Positions 1 to 8,374 of a DNA stretch of 61,894 nucleotides are shown here, piece after piece (the stretch's first letter is position 1; each line of letters opens with the position of its first letter). The notes under the pieces were generated by a model. The model was not told the DNA's origin. It saw only the letters and a program-made list of their open reading frames with translations, and did not search any database. Source of the stretch: a bacterium (lineage in GTDB: Bacteria > Bacillota > Clostridia > TANB77 > RGIG9151). Location: assembly GCA_963635575.1 (NCBI GenBank), contig CAVHFU010000004.1, positions 1 through 61,894 on the forward strand, given 5' to 3'. Made by a program: the position numbers and the translations under genes.

Positions 1-38
1 GTTGGTTTTATAAATTTATCTAAAAGGAGGTTACACCC

Positions 39-119
39 ATGAAATTACCTAAGTTTTTTACTAATTCAATGATTTTTAATAACAGCGGTATGGTAAAAAA
101 TGTAATCGGGGGGGGGTAA
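39..119 (+). CDS. unannotated 26-aa small ORF (MKLPKFFTNSMIFNNSGMVKNVIGGG), hypothetical peptide
   Basis: ATG 39 lies 8 nt after AAGGAGG (24-30). The ORF ends in a G9 run (108-116) then TAA and has its own terminator at 148-193. It is below the ORF-track size cut-off. No homology recognised. Confidence 0.25.
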   Translation: MKLPKFFTNSMIFNNSGMVKNVIGGG

Positions 120-147
120 GCTAACTTTAGTAGAATATAGCGAATTT

Positions 148-193
148 AGGACTAGAGCATTATGTGTAAGCATAGGGCTTTAGTCCTTTTTGT
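148..193 (+). terminator. rho-independent terminator after the small ORF
   Basis: AGGACTAGAGC...GGGCTTTAGTCCT stem followed by TTTTTGTTGTTT. Confidence 0.6.
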
Positions 194-208
194 TGTTTAA
201 AAATTAAA

Positions 209-243
209 CGCTAGACTTAAACTCTGTTAATTTAAGTCTAGCG
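209..243. promoter_or_regulatory. perfect 13-bp inverted repeat (CGCTAGACTTAAA-N9-TTTAAGTCTAGCG) just upstream of the RBS of the 547-aa ORF
   Basis: Read directly. No U-run follows, so it is not a terminator. Candidate operator or 5'-UTR hairpin. Confidence 0.4.
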
Positions 244-267
244 CATAGAACAAGGGGGAAGAAAAAG

Positions 268-1911
268 ATGAAAAGATTTTTTGCACTAATGATGTCACTA
301 CTTTTAATAATAACTACAAGTCAGGCATCAATCGTAACTTTATATGGATCAGAATGTACAGTAACAATGAATAGTCCGTCGAATAGAGTAATAATGTTGT
401 CTGATTTAAGGGGCGGAATTAGATGGTGGAAGGTACTAAGCGGAGGAGTTAACGTAGTAGATAATAAATTTGTAATGCCGGAGGCGGATGTAGAAGTACA
501 GCCTATGTATGAAGGAAATCAAATAGTGGTAGAGCAAACATCAAACGGCACAATAACTCCCGGAACTACAGAGACTACCGAGGGAAGTAATTATACATTT
601 ACTATAACTCCAAATAGTGGGTATAAGATAGCATCATTAACAGTGGACGGAGTAAGTAAAGAAATAACAAACGAAAACGGAATGACATATGAATTTACAA
701 ATGTACAAGAAAATCACGTTATAACGGCTACATATGAAGTAGGGTATACTAACGAAAGTGTAGCAAACGCACCGATTTTAACCGAAGGATTAACCCCAGT
801 AAACTGGAACGGAAGTGCGTGGGAAACTACAACAGTCGCAAATTGGGATTATAACTATAACTCAGTAGCAGAAGCGATCCATAGTACAGTCGCCGGAAAC
901 GGTAACGGGAAATGGGCGAACGCACAAACAGCCGACGGAAGTTTATACGTCTGGATTCCAAGATATAGCTATAAGATAACAAGTGGAGAACATAGTAGCG
1001 GAAACTCATGGAATAGCTTAGATAATCCGGGAACCAATAAGATAGAAGTAAAATTCAGTAACGGAACAACAGACGATACATCAAATAGCTATATAGCTCA
1101 CCCAGCATTTACATTCGGAACGGACGAATTACAAGGAATATGGGTAGCTAAATACGAAGCAAGCCAAGGTTCAACTACAAGTGAAACATCAGTGCCGACA
1201 TCATCTACATCAGTCGCTAAATCTATACCGGGCGTTGCATCATGGAGAAGTATAAGTGTAAGTAATATGTTCGATTATGCATATAACACCTATAGAAATG
1301 CAGACTCACATTTAATGAAAAACGTAGAGTGGGGAGCAGTCGCATACTTAACAAACGCAATAGGAAGAATACCGTATATAAATAATAGTAGTGATTATAT
1401 AACCGGAAACGCCGGGGGAAGTCAAAATGCATCTGAAGCAACAGGTACAACAAACGCATGGAATACAGCTAACGGAGTAAAGGCCTCAACAACGCATAAC
1501 GTATATGGAATATATGATATGTCAGGGGGCGGATACGAATATGTATCTGCATACATAAATAACGGAAACAGTAGATTAAGTGGCTATGCAAGTAGTTTAG
1601 TAAATGCGGCGGCGAAATATAAAGACGTATATCCGGTAGGTTCAAGCAATAGCCCAGATAATAACTATACAGCATGGAGTAGTATAAAAGGCGATGCATT
1701 ATATGAGACGAGCAATAGTTACTCTGGTTTTACCTCGTGGGATGGAGATAGATCAAATATTGGAGAATTTAATCCTATATTTGCGCGAGGCGGTATGAAT
1801 AATGATGGTTCGTATAGCGGTATTTTTAATTTTGGGGCTTTAGATGGAACGGGCTCTACTCTGGGAGCATATTCCAATTGTAGTTTTCGTGTGGTATTAG
1901 TGATACAGTAG
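268..1911 (+). CDS. secreted protein: signal peptide + InlB-B-repeat-like beta domains + C-terminal FGE/SUMF1-like domain
   Basis: RBS AAGGGGGA is 8 nt upstream. N-terminal MKRFFALMMSLLLIITTSQA is signal-like. SNGTITPG..TFTITPNSGYKIASLTVDG resembles a divergent InlB B-repeat. C-terminal YGIYDMSGGGYEYV, ARGG.., FRVVLV resemble the FGE-sulfatase-fold motifs GxYDMxGNxxEW / RGGS / GFR. Confidence 0.75.
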   Translation: MKRFFALMMSLLLIITTSQASIVTLYGSECTVTMNSPSNRVIMLSDLRGGIRWWKVLSGGVNVVDNKFVMPEADVEVQPMYEGNQIVVEQTSNGTITPGTTETTEGSNYTFTITPNSGYKIASLTVDGVSKEITNENGMTYEFTNVQENHVITATYEVGYTNESVANAPILTEGLTPVNWNGSAWETTTVANWDYNYNSVAEAIHSTVAGNGNGKWANAQTADGSLYVWIPRYSYKITSGEHSSGNSWNSLDNPGTNKIEVKFSNGTTDDTSNSYIAHPAFTFGTDELQGIWVAKYEASQGSTTSETSVPTSSTSVAKSIPGVASWRSISVSNMFDYAYNTYRNADSHLMKNVEWGAVAYLTNAIGRIPYINNSSDYITGNAGGSQNASEATGTTNAWNTANGVKASTTHNVYGIYDMSGGGYEYVSAYINNGNSRLSGYASSLVNAAAKYKDVYPVGSSNSPDNNYTAWSSIKGDALYETSNSYSGFTSWDGDRSNIGEFNPIFARGGMNNDGSYSGIFNFGALDGTGSTLGAYSNCSFRVVLVIQ

Positions 1912-2016
1912 TGACCAAAAGGGACGGTTCTTTTTGGTCAAGACAAAAAATAGCTACAATTCGCTAAGTAAGTGAGTTGCAACTATTGGCGTTTTTAGAC
2001 CTGTTCCCAATGGTCA
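1912..2016 (+). repeat. MITE-like ~105-bp element, copy A (right end degenerate)
   Basis: Left end is TGACCAAAAGGGACGGTTCTTTTTGGTCAAG and right end is AGACCTGTTCCCAATGGTCA. It starts the base after the TAG stop at 1909-1911. Homologous to the copies at 33844, 53037 and 53165. Confidence 0.75.
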
Positions 2017-2116
2017 ACGAGTTAACTCGAAGATATAAATAATTAATCTAAAGCTATTGACAAGTAACAAAAATGGAATAATATAGCAAAAAAAGGAACA
2101 GTGAAAGAGGTATCAA

Positions 2117-2521
2117 TGCAATTCGAACTACAAGGATTAAAAAATGTGGCGCTTACACTAAGCGAAATGCCGTATGTACATAATACAAACTTACGGCAAA
2201 GAGATAAAGGTTTTATTTGAAGTAAAGTCACAATTTATACAATTAGTAAAAACGTTCGTAAAAGGAGACTGGATAAACGAGATAAATGACTTTAGAAGAT
2301 TTTTTGCCGGATACAGTAATAGAAATGATTAAAGAAGGTGAAGCCAAGGAAAGGAATGAATGAAGGAAAACTCTTTTCTATAACGAGGCTACTAAAAAAG
2401 AAATTAAAAAGTAATCCTAGTAAAAAAATTAGAAAACTTATCTAATGAAAAATTAGACGAGATAATCGATAACATATTTATCTTAAACTCATGTGAAGAG
2501 GTTGAAAGAATATTGGAATAA
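2117..2521 (+). pseudogene. internally deleted, frameshifted Rpn-family (PD-(D/E)XK nuclease/putative transposase, DUF4351 tail) remnant
   Basis: Three-frame pieces are present: ..RDKGF / FEVKSQFIQLVKTFVKGDWINEIND (N-terminal-like), then ..EMIKEGEAKERNE / GMNEGKLFSITRLLKKKLKSNPSKK / KKLENLSNEKLDEIIDNIFILNSCEEVERILE* (DUF4351-like C-terminus). The nuclease core is absent. Confidence 0.55.
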
Positions 2522-2649
2522 GATATAATTCCAAGAACAGGCCACATAAAACATTTACCGAATCTATTGACCTAATAAGTATAAAGTGGTAAAATAAAAG
2601 GGTGTTTAATCACTAAATATTAAAATCTTATTGATTGAGAGGTCGTAAA

Positions 2650-3243
2650 ATGTCTAATTCTACACAGAGCACCCAGTCCACATCCGTTAACGCTTGGAAA
2701 CGTTACAGTTTAAGGAGCGATTTCTATTACGGAAGAAAAAAGGTAACTGTTAACGCCGACAAAACGTACTATGCGATTGAAATTAACGGAAAAATTATTT
2801 CTCCGTTGTTTGAAAAGCTGACGATAATGCCATCATTTAACCACTGTGTGAATGACGGCTTGCATTTCTTAACATCTCCTGACGGTAATGAAATTATTTC
2901 CGAGAACTATAAGAAGATTGGAAAATTTTATACTATTCAAAGTCTTGGAAAGTACTATGCAAAGGCTGAGTCTTTGAACGGAAAGCTTGGTACTATAAGT
3001 TCTAATGGCAATGTCTGCATAAAATGTGAGAATGATGTCTTAGAGAGGTTCGGAGATGTATATGCAATTTGCGGCAAGATGGTTGATGGCGAAATGAGAT
3101 ACGGCATCTTTACTGTAAACGGAGAAAAGGTGGTTGATTATAACTTTGTGAAGTATGAAATTATTCAAGGAAGGGTCGTTATGATAACAGAGGAAGGAAA
3201 GAAATGGTGTTACAATAAATTAGGCATAAGGCTTAAAGTTTAA
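2650..3243 (+). CDS. hypothetical protein, WG/KWG-repeat-like
   Basis: GAGAGG RBS is 7 nt before ATG 2650. Repeats such as GKLGTISSNGNVCIKCENDV and RYGIFTVNGEKVVDYNFVKYE resemble WG-containing repeats. Confidence 0.6.
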   Translation: MSNSTQSTQSTSVNAWKRYSLRSDFYYGRKKVTVNADKTYYAIEINGKIISPLFEKLTIMPSFNHCVNDGLHFLTSPDGNEIISENYKKIGKFYTIQSLGKYYAKAESLNGKLGTISSNGNVCIKCENDVLERFGDVYAICGKMVDGEMRYGIFTVNGEKVVDYNFVKYEIIQGRVVMITEEGKKWCYNKLGIRLKV

Positions 3244-3250
3244 GTCTTAA

Positions 3251-3280
3251 GGGAGAGTCTTCGGATTCTCCCATTTTTTA
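3251..3280 (+). terminator. rho-independent terminator
   Basis: GGGAGAGTC-TTCG-GATTCTCCC followed by ATTTTTT. Confidence 0.75.
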
Positions 3281-3362
3281 TTTAAAAATCTTTTCTTACA
3301 AAAAACTAATTTTTTTAATTTAAATGTCGATGAAGAGTATAGTGAGAAAGGGTTTGAATAAA

Positions 3363-4058
3363 ATGGGAACTAAATGGAGCAAGTATGACAAATTGTGGGT
3401 TGTTTTTTCGATAGTTTTAATTCTTTTAGGAAGTATATATAAATTTTCGTTTATTGTAGACTCTACTTCAAACATACTGTTAGAGATAATTTCTGGGGTT
3501 TTAGCTATATGCGGCGTAACTTATGTTTTCGGAATTGCGAAGCAGTCAAAATTCGCGTATTTTTTCGGTATTGCTAATGTTATACTATATGCAGTTGTTT
3601 GCTATTCAAAAGGATTATACATAAGTACTGGATATAACTTATTATATAGCTTTCCTGTTATGATTTACGGATACATTAATTGGGGAAGGGTAGGAAACGA
3701 GGAAAATGACGGCATAAAGTCGCTTAGTAAGTTGGGAAGAGTATTTTTAGCTATTGGGATGATTTTTGCAGTTTGTGTTTTTGCATTCATTTCTAAGAAT
3801 ATCTTAAATGGAAGTAACGTAATTTTAGATGCTATTGTTTCGGTATCAATTTGCGTGGCTACTTTCTTAATGGCGAAAAAATACATCGAGCAATGGTTTT
3901 TATTTATAATTGCAAATTTCTTTGGCTTAATAATGTTTTTAACAATTAATTTTAATAATATGCAAGATATAGAATTACTAATTATGTGGGCAATATATTT
4001 AATAAATTCGTTTTATGGGATGTTTGCATGGAAAAAGACGTTAAAGGAAAATGACTAG
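3363..4058 (+). CDS. pnuC: nicotinamide riboside transporter PnuC family
   Basis: Seven-TM-like profile. AKQSKFAYFFGIANVILYAVVCY...PVMIYGYINW is typical of PnuC. Start moved to ATG 3363 (purine-rich AGAAAGGG 8 nt upstream); 3324 is also possible. Confidence 0.7.
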   Translation: MGTKWSKYDKLWVVFSIVLILLGSIYKFSFIVDSTSNILLEIISGVLAICGVTYVFGIAKQSKFAYFFGIANVILYAVVCYSKGLYISTGYNLLYSFPVMIYGYINWGRVGNEENDGIKSLSKLGRVFLAIGMIFAVCVFAFISKNILNGSNVILDAIVSVSICVATFLMAKKYIEQWFLFIIANFFGLIMFLTINFNNMQDIELLIMWAIYLINSFYGMFAWKKTLKEND

Positions 4059-4066
4059 GAGGAAAA

Positions 4067-4837
4067 ATGATGAAAAAAGTTACAACTTTGATTTTGTGTG
4101 TTACGGTTTTGGCTACGGTTTGTGTTGCTATGACTACGTCTGAGCGTCAACAAGCTTATGCGGATGTATTCAATCCGGATGCAATAAATAAGGAAGAAAC
4201 TATGGACAAGCTAATAGTTGAGCCGGAACCTATAATAGAAGAGCCAGTAAAAGAGGAACATGTTTATGACGGAATTGCATATCTTACTTTTGATGACGGA
4301 CCTTCTACTACAATTACACCGCAAATTTTAGATATCTTAAAAGAAAAGAATGTTAAAGCTACATTTTTTGTAATAGGAAGTTATGCAAAAAGCCATCCGG
4401 AGCTAGTTAAGAGAGCATATGACGAAGGCCACACAATAGGACTTCATTCATATACACATAAAAAAAGTATGTTTAATTCGCTAAAAGCTTTTAAAGAAGA
4501 GGTGGACAAGACGTACGATGTGGTATATGATATTATAGGAGAAGCTCCTAAGTATTTTAGAATTCCTTATGGAACAAAAATAGGAAAAACTTTTAAGGAT
4601 TATTTGAATGAAAAAGGTCTTAGTGTAATAGGATGGAACTGTGAAAGTTACGATTCAAGAACATATACAACTAAGCCGGAGCAGTTAGTTCAAGCCGTAA
4701 AAGATACAATGGGAACTAAAAAAGAAGTTACTGTTATAATGCATGATACATATGGAAAGCAAAAAACAGCAGATGCGTTATCTGACATTATAGAACATTT
4801 TAACGAGGTAAATTATGAGCTAAAGAAATACGAATAA
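4067..4837 (+). CDS. polysaccharide deacetylase (NodB homology domain), secreted or anchored
   Basis: N-terminal hydrophobic segment; NodB motifs TFDDGP and HSYTH; AGGAGGA RBS. Confidence 0.85.
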   Translation: MMKKVTTLILCVTVLATVCVAMTTSERQQAYADVFNPDAINKEETMDKLIVEPEPIIEEPVKEEHVYDGIAYLTFDDGPSTTITPQILDILKEKNVKATFFVIGSYAKSHPELVKRAYDEGHTIGLHSYTHKKSMFNSLKAFKEEVDKTYDVVYDIIGEAPKYFRIPYGTKIGKTFKDYLNEKGLSVIGWNCESYDSRTYTTKPEQLVQAVKDTMGTKKEVTVIMHDTYGKQKTADALSDIIEHFNEVNYELKKYE

Positions 4838-4858
4838 ATAGAAGGAGAAGTAGCAAAT

Positions 4859-5548
4859 ATGGCAATTTGGGCAATTTCCGATTTCCACTTATCCTTCGGT
4901 GTAAAAGACAAGCCGATGGATGTGTTCGGTAAAAATTGGGTGGCTTATGAAGAAAAAATAAAAGAGAATTGTCTTACCAATATAAAGCCGGAAGATATAG
5001 TTTTACTTGCCGGTGATTTTTCGTGGGGAATGTACTTAGATGAAACAATTCCTGATTTTGAATTTTTGGAATCTCTTCCAGGTAGAAAAATTATGATTAA
5101 AGGGAACCATGATTATTGGTGGGAGACTCAAAGTAAACTTAATGCTTTTAAGAAGAAAAACGGATTTAAATCTGTCGAGTTTATACATAATAATTTTGTT
5201 GGACTGGATAATATCGCGATATGCGGCACTAGAGGCTGGGAAATAGGAAGTACAGATGTAGATGAGGATACTGATAGAAAAGCATATGAAAGGGAAAAGG
5301 CGAGATTAATTCGTTCTCTTGAAAGTGCAAGTAAAGCGGGATATAATGAGTTTATTGTTATGCTTCATTATAACTTAGGAATTAACCAAGAATATGTAGA
5401 TATATTAAAAAGTTACGGTGTTAAGCTATGCATTTTTGGACATTTACACGGCAAGACAGATTATATGGATTATGAAAAAGACGGAATTCGTTTTTTATGT
5501 ACATCTTGTGATTTAATCAATTTTATGCCTATTTTAATCAGAAAATAA
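4859..5548 (+). CDS. metallophosphoesterase
   Basis: Calcineurin-like motifs SDFH, GDFSW, GNHDYW, GHLHG. Confidence 0.8.
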   Translation: MAIWAISDFHLSFGVKDKPMDVFGKNWVAYEEKIKENCLTNIKPEDIVLLAGDFSWGMYLDETIPDFEFLESLPGRKIMIKGNHDYWWETQSKLNAFKKKNGFKSVEFIHNNFVGLDNIAICGTRGWEIGSTDVDEDTDRKAYEREKARLIRSLESASKAGYNEFIVMLHYNLGINQEYVDILKSYGVKLCIFGHLHGKTDYMDYEKDGIRFLCTSCDLINFMPILIRK

Positions 5549-5560
5549 GGGGGAAGTTTT

Positions 5561-6181
5561 ATGAATTTACCAAACAAAATAACTTTATCTAGAATTATTT
5601 TAGTACCATTTTTTATGATAATTATGTTTTTACCGATTCCGTATGTAAATTTAATTGCGTTTCTTGTTTTTGTTATTGCCGCTAGTACGGATTGTGTTGA
5701 CGGACATTTAGCTCGCTCGAAAAATATGGTTACAAATTTTGGTAAGTTTTTAGACCCGCTAGCGGATAAGCTTTTAGTTACAGCAGCGTTAATTGCATTA
5801 GTAGGCCAAGATAAATTACCTTCTTGGATAGCTACTGTAATTATAGCAAGAGAATTTATTGTTACGGGAATAAGGTTAATTGCAAGTGGAGAAGGAAGAG
5901 TAATTGCTGCTAGTATGTGGGGAAAGGTAAAGACAGTTACACAAATTATTGCTATTTCTTTACTATTAATAGATAAGTACAGACTTCCGGCAGAAGAGTC
6001 AGACATTTTTATGTTAGGTAAATTAGAAACTTTATTTGCGAATTTTATTCAAGCACCGCTTGAAGGCGTTATAGGAATTTTATCTACAATTATGGTTATT
6101 GTTGCGGTTATTACTACTATTTATTCCGGATATGACTATATTGTAAAAAATAAAGATGTATTAAAATTGGAGGATTGTTAG
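5561..6181 (+). CDS. pgsA: CDP-diacylglycerol--glycerol-3-phosphate 3-phosphatidyltransferase
   Basis: CDP-alcohol phosphatidyltransferase motif DCVDGHLAR-x8-G-x3-DPLADK; multi-TM. Confidence 0.9.
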   Translation: MNLPNKITLSRIILVPFFMIIMFLPIPYVNLIAFLVFVIAASTDCVDGHLARSKNMVTNFGKFLDPLADKLLVTAALIALVGQDKLPSWIATVIIAREFIVTGIRLIASGEGRVIAASMWGKVKTVTQIIAISLLLIDKYRLPAEESDIFMLGKLETLFANFIQAPLEGVIGILSTIMVIVAVITTIYSGYDYIVKNKDVLKLEDC

Positions 6182-6183
6182 TT

Positions 6184-6921
6184 TTGAGAAACATTAAATT
6201 TATTATTGAATATGACGGAACAAAGTATAATGGATGGCAGTCTCAAAAAAATGGCATTGGTATTCAGGAGATGATTACCAATGCCATTCATCAAGTTACA
6301 GGAGAAGAAATTAAGATAAATGGTTCGGGAAGGACTGACGCAGGAGTTCACGCAATGGGGCAAACTGCTAATTTCCTAACTAATTCGACTATTCCTATTG
6401 AAAAATTTCCGACTGCCGTTAACTCATTCTTACCGAAGGATATTGTTATTAAAAGTGCTGAAGAAATGGACGAGAAGTTTCATGCAAGATACAGTGTTCG
6501 CGGTAAGAAATATATGTACATTATAAATAATTCAAAAATTCGCTCGGCACTTGATTTTTACAGAGAATATCATATAAATCAAGAACTTGATTATAAAAAG
6601 ATGAAAAAAGCATCAGAATACTTCGAGGGTACATATGATTTTAGAGGATTTATGGCATCCGGAAGTTCTGTAAAGGATACAATAAGAACTATTACAAAGG
6701 TTCAAATGAAAAAGCGTGATGACGGAAGAATTATATTTTCTTTTACAGGAGACGGATTCTTGTACAATATGGTTAGAATTATTGTTGGAACTTTGGTTGA
6801 GGTTGGACTTGGCAAAATTAAGCCGGAGGAAATTACTGATATAATTAAATCAAAAGACAGAGCACGTGCCGGTAAAACTGTACCTGCACAAGGATTATAT
6901 TTAGTGGAGGTTTATTATTGA
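6184..6921 (+). CDS. truA: tRNA pseudouridine(38-40) synthase TruA
   Basis: GSGRTDAGVHA catalytic motif and IEYDGTKYNGWQ. TTG 6184 lies 9 nt after GGAGGA. The track start at 6175 abuts the RBS. Confidence 0.9.
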   Translation: MRNIKFIIEYDGTKYNGWQSQKNGIGIQEMITNAIHQVTGEEIKINGSGRTDAGVHAMGQTANFLTNSTIPIEKFPTAVNSFLPKDIVIKSAEEMDEKFHARYSVRGKKYMYIINNSKIRSALDFYREYHINQELDYKKMKKASEYFEGTYDFRGFMASGSSVKDTIRTITKVQMKKRDDGRIIFSFTGDGFLYNMVRIIVGTLVEVGLGKIKPEEITDIIKSKDRARAGKTVPAQGLYLVEVYY

Positions 6922-7793
6922 TGAACATTTCAAAAGTATTTTTTACTACTGAGGATAATTTTAAATTAGTCGGACTGCTGTATGCTACGGAGGTAAAAGG
7001 CATACTTCCGAGAATAAAGAAGTTAAATAAAGTTGTTATTTTTATTCACGGAATGTATAGTGATTGCTTAAAAAGGCGTGACGATATTTTCGGCGAGGAA
7101 TTAAATAAAGCGGGATATGCATACTTTACTTTTAATAACAGGGGAGCAGAAGTGGGCAATTTAAATATGGATATGTTACAAGGAACAGCCTTTGAAAATC
7201 CATATGACGGATACTATGATATAGAAGCTGCAATAAAAGCTATGGAGAAAAGAGGGTTTAGGGAGATTCATATTTTGGGACATAGTTTAGGCTCGAGTAA
7301 AGTTTTAAATTGGTATCCTAAAAAGAAGACGAATGTGACAAGTATTGGGCTTTTATCTCTAACTGCTTTATCGGATAAGTATCGTCAAGTGGCAGGAGAT
7401 AAAGCTTACAAAATAGCAATTTCTATTGTTGAATCACGAATTTCAAAAGGCAAAGGAAATGAACTTTTAAGACCTGAGATTTATCCGAAACCGATTTCGG
7501 CAAATACATTTAATACTATATTTAATAGTCAAAGTGAGTTTAATACTGTATTTTATGAAGATGAGAATTGGAAAGCTGAGTCCTTAAATGTAATTGAAGA
7601 ACCTTTATTTATGCGATATGGAACAGTAAATGAAACAATTACAAGATCGGCCGATGAAACTGTTAATCTTATTAAAAAGCTTGTAAAAAATGAAAAGTTA
7701 GATGTTGGGTATGTTAATGGTGCAGATCATTCTTACCACGGTAAAGAAAACGAATTAATTAATGAGTATATTGAATTTTTAAAGAGAAAGTAA
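6918..7793 (+). CDS. alpha/beta hydrolase
   Basis: GHSLGS nucleophile elbow. Start is TTG 6918 or ATG 6921, overlapping the truA stop. Confidence 0.7.
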   Translation: MMNISKVFFTTEDNFKLVGLLYATEVKGILPRIKKLNKVVIFIHGMYSDCLKRRDDIFGEELNKAGYAYFTFNNRGAEVGNLNMDMLQGTAFENPYDGYYDIEAAIKAMEKRGFREIHILGHSLGSSKVLNWYPKKKTNVTSIGLLSLTALSDKYRQVAGDKAYKIAISIVESRISKGKGNELLRPEIYPKPISANTFNTIFNSQSEFNTVFYEDENWKAESLNVIEEPLFMRYGTVNETITRSADETVNLIKKLVKNEKLDVGYVNGADHSYHGKENELINEYIEFLKRK

Positions 7794-7804
7794 AAGATTA
7801 TCAT

Positions 7805-7865
7805 AATTTTGTAAAATGCAATTTACAAAATTCAAATATATTATAGTTTTATAAAATCGATTTTA
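7805..7865. promoter_or_regulatory. two AT-rich palindromes sharing a GTAAAAT half-site (AATTTTGTAAA-N6-TTTACAAAATT; TAAAATCGATTTTA)
   Basis: Read directly at 7805-7832 and 7852-7865, upstream of the XRE regulator gene. Function (operator or terminator) is inferred. Confidence 0.3.
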
Positions 7866-7967
7866 CATTTTTACTTTCCTAAGAAATAAAAAAATATACA
7901 TTAAAGTTTCTGTATAACATTTATTTTGCCACATATAATGAAATTAGCGTTATATGGAGGCGGATAT

Positions 7968-8294
7968 ATGTTAAATTATGAGATTATAGGAAAGAAGATA
8001 AAGTATTTAAGAATAGAAAAAGGCATGAATCAAAAAGCGTTCGCTGAGAAGTTAGGTGTTTCAATTGGATTTGTGAGCCAAGTCGAGTCAGGAGATAAAT
8101 GTTTTAATTTAAAAAGACTAGAAGAAGTATCTAAGGTGCTTGGGAAGCCTGTTGCTTATTTTATTGAAGGAGCGAATTTAGATGATGTAAAAGCAATGGA
8201 AGAGGAGATACAATTTTTGCTTAGAAGAATTTCTCCGGACAAGTTAGAAATGGTAAGTAAAATGTTAGAAGCTATTATTAATGAAGTTGAATAA
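7968..8294 (+). CDS. XRE-family helix-turn-helix transcriptional regulator
   Basis: IKYLRIEKGMNQKAFAEKLGVSIGFVSQVESG is an HTH_3 signature. GGAGG lies 7 nt before ATG 7968. Confidence 0.85.
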   Translation: MLNYEIIGKKIKYLRIEKGMNQKAFAEKLGVSIGFVSQVESGDKCFNLKRLEEVSKVLGKPVAYFIEGANLDDVKAMEEEIQFLLRRISPDKLEMVSKMLEAIINEVE

Positions 8295-8304
8295 GAGTAA
8301 AACT

Positions 8305-8360
8305 AAGCGGTCAAGACCGTTTCCGATGATTTGTCGGGAATGATTTTGGCCGCTTTTTGC
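8305..8360. terminator. bidirectional terminator between the XRE gene and sipL-like gene
   Basis: AAGCGGTCAA...TTGGCCGCTT outer stem with an inner stem, then TTTT. Confidence 0.6.
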
Positions 8361-8374
8361 AGTCCTGGATTAAA

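Noticed and set aside
2043-2231. 62-aa minus-strand ORF
   Set aside because: It lies in the decayed Rpn-like remnant region and has no RBS. It is better explained as noise in pseudogene DNA.
3244-3362. NAD-type (pnuC-motif) riboswitch upstream of pnuC
   Set aside because: The region contains only the upstream gene's terminator and AT-rich spacer. I could not recognise the motif from memory, and an Rfam scan would be needed.
5470-6006. 178-aa minus-strand ORF
   Set aside because: It is antisense to pgsA, which has an unambiguous CDP-alcohol phosphatidyltransferase motif. It is a shadow ORF.
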